From Podarcis pityusensis (lineage: Eukaryota): a stretch of DNA of 64,000 nt. A program made the position numbers and the translations under genes. The notes under the pieces were generated by a model. That model ran no database searches. It was not told the DNA's origin and worked only from the letters and a program-made list of their open reading frames with translations. The stretch lies in NCBI GenBank assembly GCA_964106645.2, contig OZ067042.1. One strand, given 5' to 3'. This document shows positions 1 to 12,041 of this stretch, piece by piece (the first letter of the stretch is position 1; every line of letters starts with the position of its first letter).

Positions 1-112
1 GCAAACACACTTAGTAGGGCAAAGGAGGCTTACTCAGCATTGACATCCTACAATTCCCTTCAGATTAGTAGCAAATTTTGACTCAAGAGTGTGAGCAGTA
101 CATTGCAGTACA

Positions 113-143
113 GCAAAGCAAAGCAAAGCAAAGCAAAGCAAAG
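113..143. repeat. (GCAAA)n pentanucleotide microsatellite
   Basis: Seen directly. Confidence 0.95.
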
Positions 144-727
144 TGCAGAATTGGCAGTTTGCCAATATATTTGCAGCCAAGAAAAGTGCTTGGACCCAAA
201 AGTGGAAGTGCAGTCAGGTTCTGATTTCTGCCACAGTCCAGGAGGGAAAGGCACATTCTGCACAGATGTAGCTAAACTCATTGAGCCACCTCCCACAACT
301 TCATTTCCCTCAATTAGACTAAGCAAAAGGCAAGTTTACCGCTCCAGTTCAGCAAAGGGTGATTTGTAAAGGTGAAGCCTCATAACATCCATTTATTTGT
401 AAATCAGCAAACTGCCTGCAGTTATGATGTGTGGGACATACATGGAAGGAAGACTGACACAGGAGTCTCTTGCGGGGAGGTTCCTGCATGCTCTCCATGC
501 TGCAGACACAAAGTGTACAAGGGCCAGGCCATTCAGTGCCAGTATTTACAGCTGTCTCCAGCATGCTACTTTTGCCACACAGAATGGCTGCCATTCATTC
601 TGATGATGGGGAAGTAAAAAGAGGTGTATGGATCTGCTCCATCTCTAGTGGTTTCAGCCGCTGAGAATCAACCCATCTCATATCTGCACTGCTTCATCCT
701 GGGTTCTGTTTCTCACTCATGCTAAAG

Positions 728-868
728 CTGGGGTAGGGGAACACAACCTGTGGCCCCCCAGATGTTGTTAAACTACAGCTCCCATCTCTGACCATTGGCT
801 GTGCTGGCTGCAGCTGATAGGAGATGAAATCCAACAAAGTATGGAGGGACGCAGGCTTCTCATTCCTG
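728..868. mobile_element. Older hAT-type palindromic MITE
   Basis: Internal CCAGATGTTG..ACTACAGCTCCCATC arm; TSD TGCTAAAG / TGCTCAAG. Confidence 0.7.
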
Positions 869-1350
869 TGCTCAAGTGTGAAGGAAAGTTGGATATGATA
901 TTATTAGGCACCTGGGTGCTGCCTAATGAGGGATCTTTTAAAAAAAATAATACACCCACTAAAGACTACTTAAAAGTTTTTGGATGTAAATATAATATAC
1001 TGAAAATGGAAAGTGTTACTGTGACAAACACATGTATCATGTAGGTTTGCTCATCTGGTATATTCTTTGCCCACATTCTTTTCACACAACCATCTTTATG
1101 CTCCTGATATTTAATTCCCCCCAACCCCCATGAATTTTGATGACTGCAAGCTGGCAGCCCGGATTTGTAATGCAGTGTGAGTTAGAACACTTAGATCCTG
1201 TGTTTTGTTTTTCATCTGCTGATTTACAAAGGGAATTCTAATTGCTTTCCTGGTCCCAGACAACATGCATTCTTTCACTCTGCTAGCTGCAAACCCCCTT
1301 GAGTCCAATGTTTATGTGAAGTGTCAACAACCCATGATTTAACAGATTAC

Positions 1351-1503
1351 CTGGGTAATGTTTCCCCAGCTGATCCAGTAAGGTTTCCTGTGTAACGGTA
1401 ATTTGAGCTGCATTCATATCAGATATAGCACAACACAAGACTTCTGCCAAAGGAACGAACTGGGACTGTGAAATGGGATTCATGTGCACTGGAGATACAT
1501 CTC
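1351..1503 (-). CDS. STOX1: STOX1 exon 2, start of the winged-helix storkhead domain ([51 protein letters not shown])
   Basis: 153 nt, CCTTTTAG / GTAAT, phase 1-1 compatible with exon 1; later exons lie outside the window. Confidence 0.96.
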
Positions 1504-3885
1504 CTAAAAGGAATAGAGAGGGGTGGGGGGGGGGAAAGAAATGAACTTCCTTTGTACTCTGGAATACAGTATTTCTCCCCCCCCCCCCATTGCCCTTTCA
1601 AACCGTTGGCTTCTTTTAGCTTCAGCATGATGGATAAATGATCATAGTTCTAAAGAAATAAAAGCCATTTTAGCAATTATTAGCTCAAAAACAAACATCT
1701 TGAAGCATGTTAAGCAGATACTGCAGGCAGATATGTGTCTTCGGATGCTTAGACCATCACTTAAGTTCTCTGGTTTCTCCCCAAATACATACCATATGAA
1801 GTGAAAACACTAAGTTTTCCTTGGAACTATGTGAAACACTCAGTCTGTTTAAACATTTTAGAAGGTGTTACAGGACTCTTCCCAAGACATTTATGCGATT
1901 CAGTGAGTAATGCAATATAATTGAGGTTTAAATTAAATGTAGCCTACTCGAAACAGCTGTCTTGTGTTACAGCTAGGGCAAGAAAAGGTCTCTTTAGGAT
2001 TATTTTCTCTTTAAGTCAACAAAATAAACAACAGTCCCTTTTGAAGAAGTTGTTAAACACTTCTTGACCTCTGTTTTACAACTGGCAATGGTTCTGTTTA
2101 ACAGAATGTGTTTAGAGAAGTTCCTAAGAATGTCCTCTATGACGTTGCTAAGCTACTACCAGCAGGTGTATAAATCAGTGTCAGCTTGCTTTGTGTGGAA
2201 TGGGAATTCAAGAAAAAAACACTGTGAATAGTATAACATTGGTGCTAGTTACTGTAAATGGAAAAGCTGGTTTCACAGTTTATTGCAAAGCACACCTTAA
2301 AATGGCTATTTTCTATCTTTGACAGTATTACAAAGTTAGTTTTCCAGGAAAAGCCAAGGTTCCAGACAAAAGGTAGACCAGCATCAGCATGTGTGGTGGC
2401 ATAATTTCTTCCCAATGACACTTCTCGGGCTATTGTTAACACATTGCACAAGCCCTCTTTTTTTCAGCTTAACAAACACAGCAGGACCCATCATGAAAGG
2501 GCATCTTGAAAGATCAAGATTATCTGTTTATAAAGGTTAATCTACACAAATGAATTGTATAGGGGATAAACACACACATCACAACAGTTGGGGTCATTGT
2601 TCATATCCATAGCTATTTTAGATTGCAAACACTTTGAGCAGGATGCACCTAACAAGTCCCATCAGCAGAAGCCCTGCATGAGGACTTCTGCTTGCACAAG
2701 TCTGTACCATCAGCTTTCAGAAGTACCATCTTTACTTAGAAAGTATTCCACTCACTGGTGTATCCACACATCTAGTTTGGTGTCTGTACAAATGTGAACA
2801 TAAAGTCATATCTCTGCTTCAACAATCCTATAAATATGCTGACCTGGCACCAGAAACCCATGCACCTAGCAATTATTGGTTGGTTACCAACAGGAATATA
2901 GTGCTTACCATTCTGTGGTGGCAGAAATGAAACACACCTCCTGGCATGGCCCTCCTCATAACAATATATTTAAAGCTTAACAAAAATATTTGTTTTGGCC
3001 CAGAACAAAGGAACCTGGCACCCATCAGGTACAGCAAATGCAAGCCCCACTGATTGCAAAAATACAGCTCAACTTCTACAGTGAGCAAAGTAACTTTAAA
3101 AAAAAAAAGAACTTCACAAACTCCAGCCTAGGCAACCTGCCAAAAATTCATGTATTATTGACCCTCAAATGATTTTACCAGTCTACTCAAACACAGATAA
3201 TTGTTTACACATGCGAAATCCGAGAACGCATTTTCAGAGCATATACCAAAACTCAATGTGGGAAAGTCATCTGCAATACAAGAGTCAGATAACAAAACAT
3301 AGGGAACAAAAAGTCTCCAGATACGCTTCACCAACATAAAAAGATGTTTTGTTCTGTCCTTGTAACTTGAGTGTTGCTGGATTAATGGTGCCTTCACTGG
3401 GCAGGTAGCACATTTCTGTCTTCCCTTCAACATTCCGATTCAGATGTAGAGCGAGTCGGCGCATATCTGTTATGGTCAACAGATCTGCTGTACACTAGAG
3501 CTCAACTTTAACTTAAGGTTATTAAAGCTGAACATACTTGGTAGTTCACAATACTGATTATGCTTAGGAGTAAATTACAGGAGACTTGGAAGATCTAAAA
3601 CTGCATCTCACAACAGTTTGTTTTTTACTTTATAGCAGCCACAGAGGTGGTGTGTGTGAATTTATTTATTTATTTATAAAGGTTTTTGTTTGTTCGCTTC
3701 CCTTGCACTAAATTATCCTCCTCCAAAAAAGCAGCTGCTGTGTTTGCGCCCAGCAACAGTATACACGTCTTCTCAGAAGTAAGTACCATTGTTTTAAATA
3801 AGGCTTACTTCCAGGTAAGTGTGCAGTCTAAATCAGTTTTCATCAGCAGCACAAAGATAAATAGGTCATTTTCATTCAGCTATCA

Positions 3886-4021
3886 CAGGCTTCCTCAACT
3901 TCAGCCCTCCAGACGTTTTGAGACTACAATTCCGATCATCCCTGACCACTGGTCCTGCTAGCTAGGGATCATGGGAGTTGTAGGCCAAAAACATCTGGAG
4001 GGCCGAAGTTGAGGAAGCCTG
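3886..4021. mobile_element. hAT-type palindromic MITE, 136 bp
   Basis: TIR CAGGCTTCCTCAACTTC; perfect 8-bp TSD AGCTATCA. Confidence 0.9.
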
Positions 4022-6185
4022 AGCTATCATGACTCCAACATCTCTTTCCTGGCCAGGAACTACCAGTCCAGACTCTATTAATGCATAAGTGAAGTTAGGA
4101 TTTCTTGTCCCAGGTACATCACTTTTAATTGAATCATATTTTCCATTTTAATACCCATTTACCCAATTTTAAGAGATCCTTTTGGAGCACCTCCCTTATG
4201 CACTGAGTGGTAATGAGGACAAGCAACTTTTCTCGAAAAAGAAAAGGAAGCAAGCTGACACTACCAGAGAGCCACAGCTAGATTGTATGTGTGAGGAATA
4301 AATATAGCCCTAGCCGTTAGAAATTAAAGGCGAATTCTAACAGGTTTTGAAATGTGGTGGTGAGATTTCCAAGTCACATAACACAACGGGTTGCTAATTA
4401 TGTCATTTGGACCACTGCAAAACAATAAATGCTTAGAGAAATATAAGCTCCTGCCAGATGGTAACTGGAAGCATCAGTGGCAACTTGACATTATAAGCTG
4501 AAAGGTGGAGCACTCCCTGTTAAAAGGGCAGGATGATTTTAGTGAATGGTCACTTTTAGTGTGCCGCTATTGATCTTAACTTTTGTACTTGCATGAACCG
4601 TATTTGTGTTAATTTTACTGCTGCAAATCACTCGGACTTGGGTAGAAAGTGGCAAATAAAATAAATATATAATAAATATGTGGTGGTGGTGGGAGTGAAG
4701 TGGTAGATTGTCAACCAATTACAAAGCAAGACATGTTGCGAGGGGGTGTCTTTCTTTTTTTGGCCCAGATAATCCATATTTTGTAAAGCCGTCTACCCCA
4801 CTGAAAGCAGTGAGGGAGAATTGACTATGACAGCATCAATGTGGTGTAGTTGATGAACCCAATCCTGAAGCCTCTTGGAGGAATGAAGAGACTCCTTTGA
4901 TTCCAGCCCACAGAATGTCATTTCAGGCCCTCATGTTAGCTACTGCAGGCAATGCCAGAGGAGCTTTTCGTGGGTGTAGTAGATGTCCCTTGCCCTCCTG
5001 GGCAAAACTCCTTTCCACCAGTGGAGAGGCATTTCTGCCTTATCCTAACACTCTCCAGCAATCTTTGAATCTTAGGGAAAGGATGGCTCTGTAAAGTGTA
5101 GCTTCCTCTTTCTTGTTTTTAGATTGGCTGTAGACATTTGTATAACTTTGTGAAATTGCGTTTTGTGCATTGTATCTTTTGAGGAGCTGGTGCTTCTATT
5201 TATTTATATCTGGACATCTGAATTAATAATTTATTCCTTACAGGACCAGCTTCCTGGGGTGGGGGGTTACAACTGAAGATCAGGATGGAGCACAAACTTG
5301 ACAATGTCCTCCTTTCTTCTAAAAATGCTCCATTCTACATAAGACCTCTGCCCTTTTGCCTCTAGTACTTCCACTGCCCCAGTTCTTCTAACACAATGTT
5401 TTGCATTGAACTCAGATCCAAAGAAACTCACACTATGAGGTCCCATTGAACTTAATGGGACATTTAATAGCAGCAAGTAACAGGTCCTCCTGATTTCAAT
5501 TGTATATTAAGCTTTCTTTGGATTTGGGCCACATTTAATTAGTATTTTAATAATGTAGCAAGTCTTCATTTGAATTTGTAACTCAAAGAGCTTCATGAAT
5601 GAGGAATCATATTAAATAGAAGCTCCAAGTCTCCCAATTGGCTAGGAGTTTTAAATGAAGCTGTAAATTCTTCCAGGCCAGTTTCGGACCATTGGTGATC
5701 ACTGTTAGGACTTTTCTGCAGCAACTTGCTGGACCGATTCACTGCAACCTTGCCCTCCTTCCTGCTCTGCCTGTCCCTTATTCTACTGCTTAACTGCTGC
5801 CTTGGACTTCAACTTTGTAGAGTCCATTTGCTTAGGATAAATGGCAAACCCCAAAATTCCTGCTTATGAGCTTCCTTCCCACTATATTCTCTTCAATGCT
5901 GCAGTGTTTGGTTAGCTGCTACATAAGTTAGGTTTGACTTCAGTTTCATGTAAACCGCTTAGTTTTCATGATTAAGTGGTATATAAAGCTTGTTAATTAA
6001 TTTTTTTTTTAATTGGCACCAGATCATCCAAGTAAATTAAAATAACCAAAACTTTCTACTGTACCATGATGTAACTGGATTTGATGACTTATAAAGCACC
6101 ATGTATTAGATAAGGATGCTTTTGCAATCATTTCAGTTATTAAAGTTGTGATAAAAGAAGTATGAGAACAAAGCCTAATCGATTA

Positions 6186-6439
6186 CAGTGGTACCGCTGG
6201 ATGCGAATGGGATCCATTCCAGAGCCCCATTTGCATCCTGAAGCGAGCATAGGACGGGACTGTGCATCTGCGCGTGCCGCGTTTTGCCGCTTCCGCGCAT
6301 GCGCGTGACATAATTTTGAGCGTTTGTGCATGCGTGAGTGGCGAAACCCAGAAGTAACGCGCTTCGTTACTTCCGGGTCGCCGCAGAGCGCAACCCGAAA
6401 ATATTTAAGCTGAAGTGTATTCATCCCGAGGTATGACTC
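6186..6439. mobile_element. Tc1/mariner-type MITE, CpG-rich
   Basis: TA-CAGTGGTACC...GAGGTATGACTC-TA. Confidence 0.8.
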
Positions 6440-8577
6440 TACTTGGGCATCTCTGCTCTGTTAAACAACTACCTTGACCATTGTTCAATTGCTTGCTTGA
6501 ATGTATTTATGCTTAATTCCACATTTTTAGATTACATCAACATATGATGGCATGGCATCGTGCTGCAGATTGCAACACACACTTAGTCCTTTATTAACTC
6601 ATCTGCTAATTAAAAGGGAGAGAGAGAAAAGGTGCAATGAGAGTATTCACAGATCTGTCTGGCAGTGATAGGCGATTTATTAGGTGACTGGCTTTCTCTT
6701 GCCTCACCAGTCAAATGGATCAAATAAATCCTTATCCTCCATTAACAGGAGTATAGGATTAACTCAGGATTTAAATAGGTGAATAATGACTGATGCTCAA
6801 AGTTAATTTCCAACCAACCAACCCCCACCTACTTTTTAAAGACCATGGCTTTCATCCCCATCCTCCCCCCCCTGCCACCTCTCCCTGTGGCCAAAACTGG
6901 TTAGTTTTGTTTTATTTCAAACCAAGAAGCACAGATTTAAAACAAACTCCCTACTCTGTTAATTGTCACAGGATGTTGTTCTTGCCAACAGCATAAAGAG
7001 AAGGCTCAGATCAATTCAGGAGCTTAGACAGTATGTTACGATGTAGTATACCTCTTAAGTTCCACATGGTGCGAACAAACAGGGTTGGTTGTTTCCATTT
7101 TGACCTGCTTGCAGGCCTTCCCTGGCTAGCCTTTTAATGAGGCAGAAGCAACCAGCATTAGCAAAAGTATTTGAAAGAGTGTTTCAGCAACTATTTGATC
7201 CATTACAAGGATATTCTGTGGATTTCAGATGATGTTTTTCATAAGAGTATCATTAAAACGTACGAATGCATGAAATGATTATGAATGATTTTCAAAACAA
7301 AACAGGACTTCTTAAGTCCAGCATTAATGGGCCATGAGTTTTCAAACCTATGCTCGTTTGCCAGGTGGGTTCAAAACACGGATGAAAGGCAGGCAGTCAT
7401 GGAAGGAATCCAAGCAGCACAAAAACACACAACCGTCTGCTCATTTGCCATCCCTCATTAAGCTCATGCAGTATTGGTAGACGACACGTCCCACAGAACA
7501 AGTGGCTAGAACAAGTTTCATGAATATTTCGGCATTTAAGCAAAGCTCAGGTGTGCTGCTAACAAAACACACGTTTCCCTTGCATTTTAACATCCCATTG
7601 TAATGCTCCTGACTGCACATGCTGCCCAAATATTCAAAATGATGATACACTTTTTAATTTCCCATTACCAAAGCTGTCGCTTTCCCTCATTATCAATTAC
7701 TTCTTTCTTACCCCCCCTCGTTACCCCCCATTACTTGTTTTATGGTGGTTTTTTTAACTATTGCAGAAAATGCCATAAAATTTAAAAGGTGGCCACTGGC
7801 AAAATCTTATTTCAAACAGAAATTATGAAAGATGAATATTAAAAAACTGGCACTGAAATTGAATCAATCACTGCCAGTGCTACTTGGACCAGGGAGGGGG
7901 CCGTTTCTAAACCTGTTCCCAACTTTGAAACCAAACCAAGACAGCATTACAGTTGTTTACTAACAACAAGCCTTTGTGGCATATAGCACCAATTTCACTA
8001 TTAAGCATAACATACCACAAACATCATCTATCATCAATAACCTAAATCCAGTACTAATTACAGGGTCACTAGTTGACATCTGTTAATTTTCTGCCTTTTA
8101 ATTATTATCCTCTGTAGATAAAGGTTTAATTTCAAGACCAGACAATTAAAAGGTGGTTAATTCTTAACCAGGTGAAAATTTTCTCAGTTCCTTTAACAGA
8201 AGGGCAAAGAACTGGTTCATGAACATATAAATATTCCCCACAAATAGTGGCTAGGATCTAAAGTGTTATGGGATAGGGTATCTTCTGGCACTCCTTCCAA
8301 CCTTGGTTCTCGTGCTCCCCCAAAACAAACTGAAAGTTGGGGGACCCTCAAAAGTTCAGTGCAACACAATGGGCTGCAGTCAAAAAGGGAAGCTGGATTT
8401 AAATGCAGAGAGGGCATTTAAATTATGTTTAGAGGATGCTCCCCCACTTACACAATTTTCACTTTTGCATGCAGGGGCCCAGAACATAACCCCCACATAA
8501 GTGGGGGGGATGCCTGTACTGAAGGAAACAGTGTGTTGCACAATCTTTCTCTCTTTTTAGGCTAATCAATTTCTTGT

Positions 8578-8760
8578 TTTAATTTATATTCCTCTCCTCC
8601 AAGAAGCTGGAAATGGCACACACGGTTTCCTCCTCCCCATTACCATTTTATCCTCATAGCAGTCCTGTAAGAAAGGCTACCCTGAGAGGTGATGAATGGC
8701 CCATGGTCACCTGGTGAGCTTCATGGCCAAGTGGAGAGTTGCACTTGGGCCTCCCTAATT
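8578..8760 (-). mobile_element. Degenerate MIR-like SINE
   Basis: CCATTTTATCCTCA...GGCCCATGGTCACCTGGTGAGCTTCATGGC; similar to the 10068 copy. Confidence 0.55.
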
Positions 8761-10067
8761 ACTGCTGTACTTTCATTCCAAGAAAACAAAGGAGAATGAG
8801 AGGCCATGCTACATAACTCACTGTTTTCCCCTCAACTCAAAAAAGGTTATCTGGTGCCACTAAGGTTGTATCAAAAGATGGCTGGCTTATGTAACCACTA
8901 AGCACATTACTGGTTGCTTTTCTGTGGGGACCCCTACTTCTATTGTTCCATGTCAAATATTTTAAGAGAGCTCCACCACACACACACAAAGTATGCTTAG
9001 GCACATTGTTCTGTGGCTCTGCTGGAGTCCTCAGTTTGGCACAAGTAAATTGTCCTGGGCAAGGCAAAGGAACTGTGTGTGTGGTTAGTGATCATATGAA
9101 CCAGTCCTAATTCTGAATAGGACTAAGAAAGCGTAGCAGAATAGGAAAATGAAGCACAAGCCATCTCACAGGACTGATATCTTTTAAATTACTGTGTCAG
9201 CAACAGAAAGGGGCCATTGATTTTTGAAGAAACCTAAAACCAAAATACTCCAGAGGATACGCAGGAATACCTAGAACACGATACCAAGCAATAGCTAAAA
9301 CGAGGAAGGAAGGAAGGATTATTTGGGCTCAGCAATCAAAATATGAGGCACAAAAGTCAGCGGCAAACGATTGTGTTCCTGAAGCTCCTATATAACATAG
9401 GCCTTGTTCTTGCCCTTAAGGATATATTTGGGGTGGGGGTGGTTAGTGAAAGGAACCACAGGTTTAAATTGAAACCATTTCACTCAAAGCCCAGCAAACA
9501 TATGGAACACGTTATAAGGTAAAAGCCACAGGGGCAAGTCACAGGAACGTGTTCAACAGGCAACTGGATGTTTTTATGGAATGAGGCAGGAATGAAAGAC
9601 ATCACAGGGAGCGGGAAAACACAAAGGAACAGATGTAAGAGGAGGAGATGGCTTACTGGGCCAAAGGAGTCTGTCCTGTGTAGCTTGGTATGTAGCTCTA
9701 ATGTTAGTCCTGAGCTTTGAAAGCACAATATTTTCAACTGTTGTAAAATTAAAAGTGTGGGAAAAGCACCTTGGCTTGGCTTGCCTGGACAGCGGTGGAA
9801 TGTCCTGCACAAATCCTATTCTTGTAGACAGGAATGCCACAAGAGCATCGTAATGAGGCTTGCACAGGAGAACTCTGTGGATATCGCCATGGCCCACAAA
9901 ACATAAAAAACAAAGCAGTATTAGAAATAAGCCAGGCACCAGGTGCCAGGCACGTTTTGCGACTGGTGCGGGTCCAATTGCAACCATATGGAGATCTCTG
10001 GATGCCAGGTTGACATCTCCATCTGGCTGGCTCCTCCAGCTTTCTTAAGCAGGTTAGCAGAAGAGCT

Positions 10068-10272
10068 TATTTATTGCATTTATATCCCGCTTTTCCTCCA
10101 AAGAGTACATGGCTCACCCCCTCTTCTCAGTTAATCCCTACAACGACCCTGTGTTGTATCTTAATAGGCTGTGATTGGCCCAAGGTCACTCAGAGAGCTT
10201 AATGACTGAGTGGGGATTTGAACCCTGATCTCCCAGGTCCTAGTCCGGCACTCTAACCACTACACCACACTT
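10068..10272 (-). mobile_element. MIR-like tRNA-derived SINE
   Basis: GGCCCAAGGTCAC...GTGGGGATTTGAACCCTG...CTCTAACCACTACACCAC (reverse A and B boxes). Confidence 0.7.
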
Positions 10273-10486
10273 GCTTCCTAGGGTACTTCTGCTATGGGGC
10301 AGCTATATAAATTATGTAGTAAATAAACATGGGGAAAGCAACATGTCACTTAGAGAAGGGTCTGAAATATTTTCCTTGAAGCTTGAATTTGTTTTATTCT
10401 GTATTGTTTTATTTGATGTTTTAATGTGCTGTAAACCACTTTGAGATTTTGTCTTTAAATTACAAAGTGATATAGAAATTTATTAT

Positions 10487-10620
10487 NNNNNNNNNNNNNN
10501 NNNNNNNNNNNNNNNNNNNNNNNNNNNNNNNNNNNNNNNNNNNNNNNNNNNNNNNNNNNNNNNNNNNNNNNNNNNNNNNNNNNNNNNNNNNNNNNNNNNN
10601 NNNNNNNNNNNNNNNNNNNN
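10487..10620. other. Assembly gap (134 N) in STOX1 intron 1
   Basis: Run of N. Confidence 0.99.
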
Positions 10621-11318
10621 CTAAACAATAACCCAGGTTTAAGGTGCAATTTGGCAATTAGCTTACTATCTGAGTTTCTAACACTGAAACAAAGGTATTG
10701 CCAGTAGGGCTCTGCAATTTTGAGGTCCTTGTGGTTTCTTTTTCCTTAACTTTCTGGAAGCTATGCACTCTGCCTTTCTAGTGCAGAACTTCATATCTTC
10801 CCCTTTTAAAAGGGAGGGAGAAGTAGAAATATTATCCTTCTGTGCAAAGCTACACTCCCAGTACATCACGCAGGTGCTGGCTATCGTGCCACTGGCACTG
10901 GACCAAGATGGGGCTATGAAGAATAAAACAGGGAGGGGGGCACACTATCGTCTGGAAGGGCCCTGAAAGGACTCTCACTGGATAAACAGCTCTCAGCTTT
11001 CACTTCTGTAGAAAGTTATTGTTCCGATTTTTCCTGTGCGAGTGTTAATAATTACCACTTTATAAGCTGAGGTAGTTTGTTGTAATATGTATACACCTCA
11101 GATCCACAGGCTCAAACAAGCCTGTAAATTGACATAAAACTAGGATATTGCTTAATGATTAACTGCTGTGCATAACACATCTGTTACCTTTTTCTAAGAC
11201 CACTCTACGGACTGCCACATTACCATGTCAAAAGTGATCCAAGATAATCAGTAATCCAAACTCCAAAGCACCCTTCTCTGTGCTTTGTTAAGGGAAGCCT
11301 CAGTATAGTAATGTAATC

Positions 11319-11625
11319 TAGGGGTCGGCAAGGCTTACTGGACATGGGCCGGATCACTCCCGCGGAGATACTCCATGGACCAGACCGGTGCAGCGTGATG
11401 CCAGAAATCACATCTGCGCATGTCCATGGCGCCAGAAATCGCTTCTATGCATACCCAGATGCCGAAAATCTGGAGCCATGGAAGAGAGTCCCCACATTGC
11501 ACTGGTTTAGGGCAGCGCGCGGGGACTTGCTGAGCAGGCGGCTCAGTTTGGGAGTGGCTCGTGAGCCGGTTAAACAGCCTCCATGGGCCACTTCCGGCCC
11601 ATGGGCCTTAGGTTGCCTACACCTG
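11319..11625. mobile_element. Non-autonomous hAT (Charlie-like) element
   Basis: Imperfect TIRs TAGGGGTCGGCAA / TTGCCTACACCTG; 8-bp flanks ATGTAATC / CTATAATC; CpG-rich. Confidence 0.7.
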
Positions 11626-11690
11626 CTATAATCCAACTGTAATTTGTTATGGACATGCATGTGTGAAAATACTGATGTTGCAATAAAATA

Positions 11691-12041
11691 AAAGGTAAAG
11701 GGACCCCTGACCATTAGGTCCAGTCATGACCGACTCTGGGGTTGCAGTGCTCATCTCACTTTATTGGCCGAGGGAGCTGGCGTACAGCTTCCGGGTCATG
11801 TGGCCAGCATGACTAAGCCGCTTCTGGCGAACCAGAGCAGCGCACGGAAACGCCGTTTACCTTCTCGCCGGAGCGGTACCTATTTATCTACTTGCACTTT
11901 GACGTGCTTTCAAACTGCTAGGTTGGCAGGAGCAGGGACCAAGCAACGGGAGCTGACCCCGTCGCGGGGATTCGAACCGCTGACCTTCTGATCGGCAAGT
12001 CCTAGGCTCTGTGGTTTAACCTACAGCGCCACCCACGTCCC
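11691..12041 (-). mobile_element. Full-length Sauria SINE
   Basis: tRNA-like head GGGACGTGGGTGGCGCTGTAGGTTAAACC...GGTTCGAATCCC, ACCTTT tail, perfect 13-bp TSD TTGCAATAAAATA (11678-11690 / 12042-12054). Confidence 0.93.

Noticed and set aside
91-664. Consecutive plus-strand ORFs (92 and 81 aa) as a pseudogene or STOX1 exon 3
   Set aside because: Wrong strand for STOX1, no recognisable homology, partly built from a microsatellite; the expected exon-3 peptide is absent
11960-12041. tRNA gene
   Set aside because: It is the tRNA-derived head of a Sauria SINE, with no complete cloverleaf
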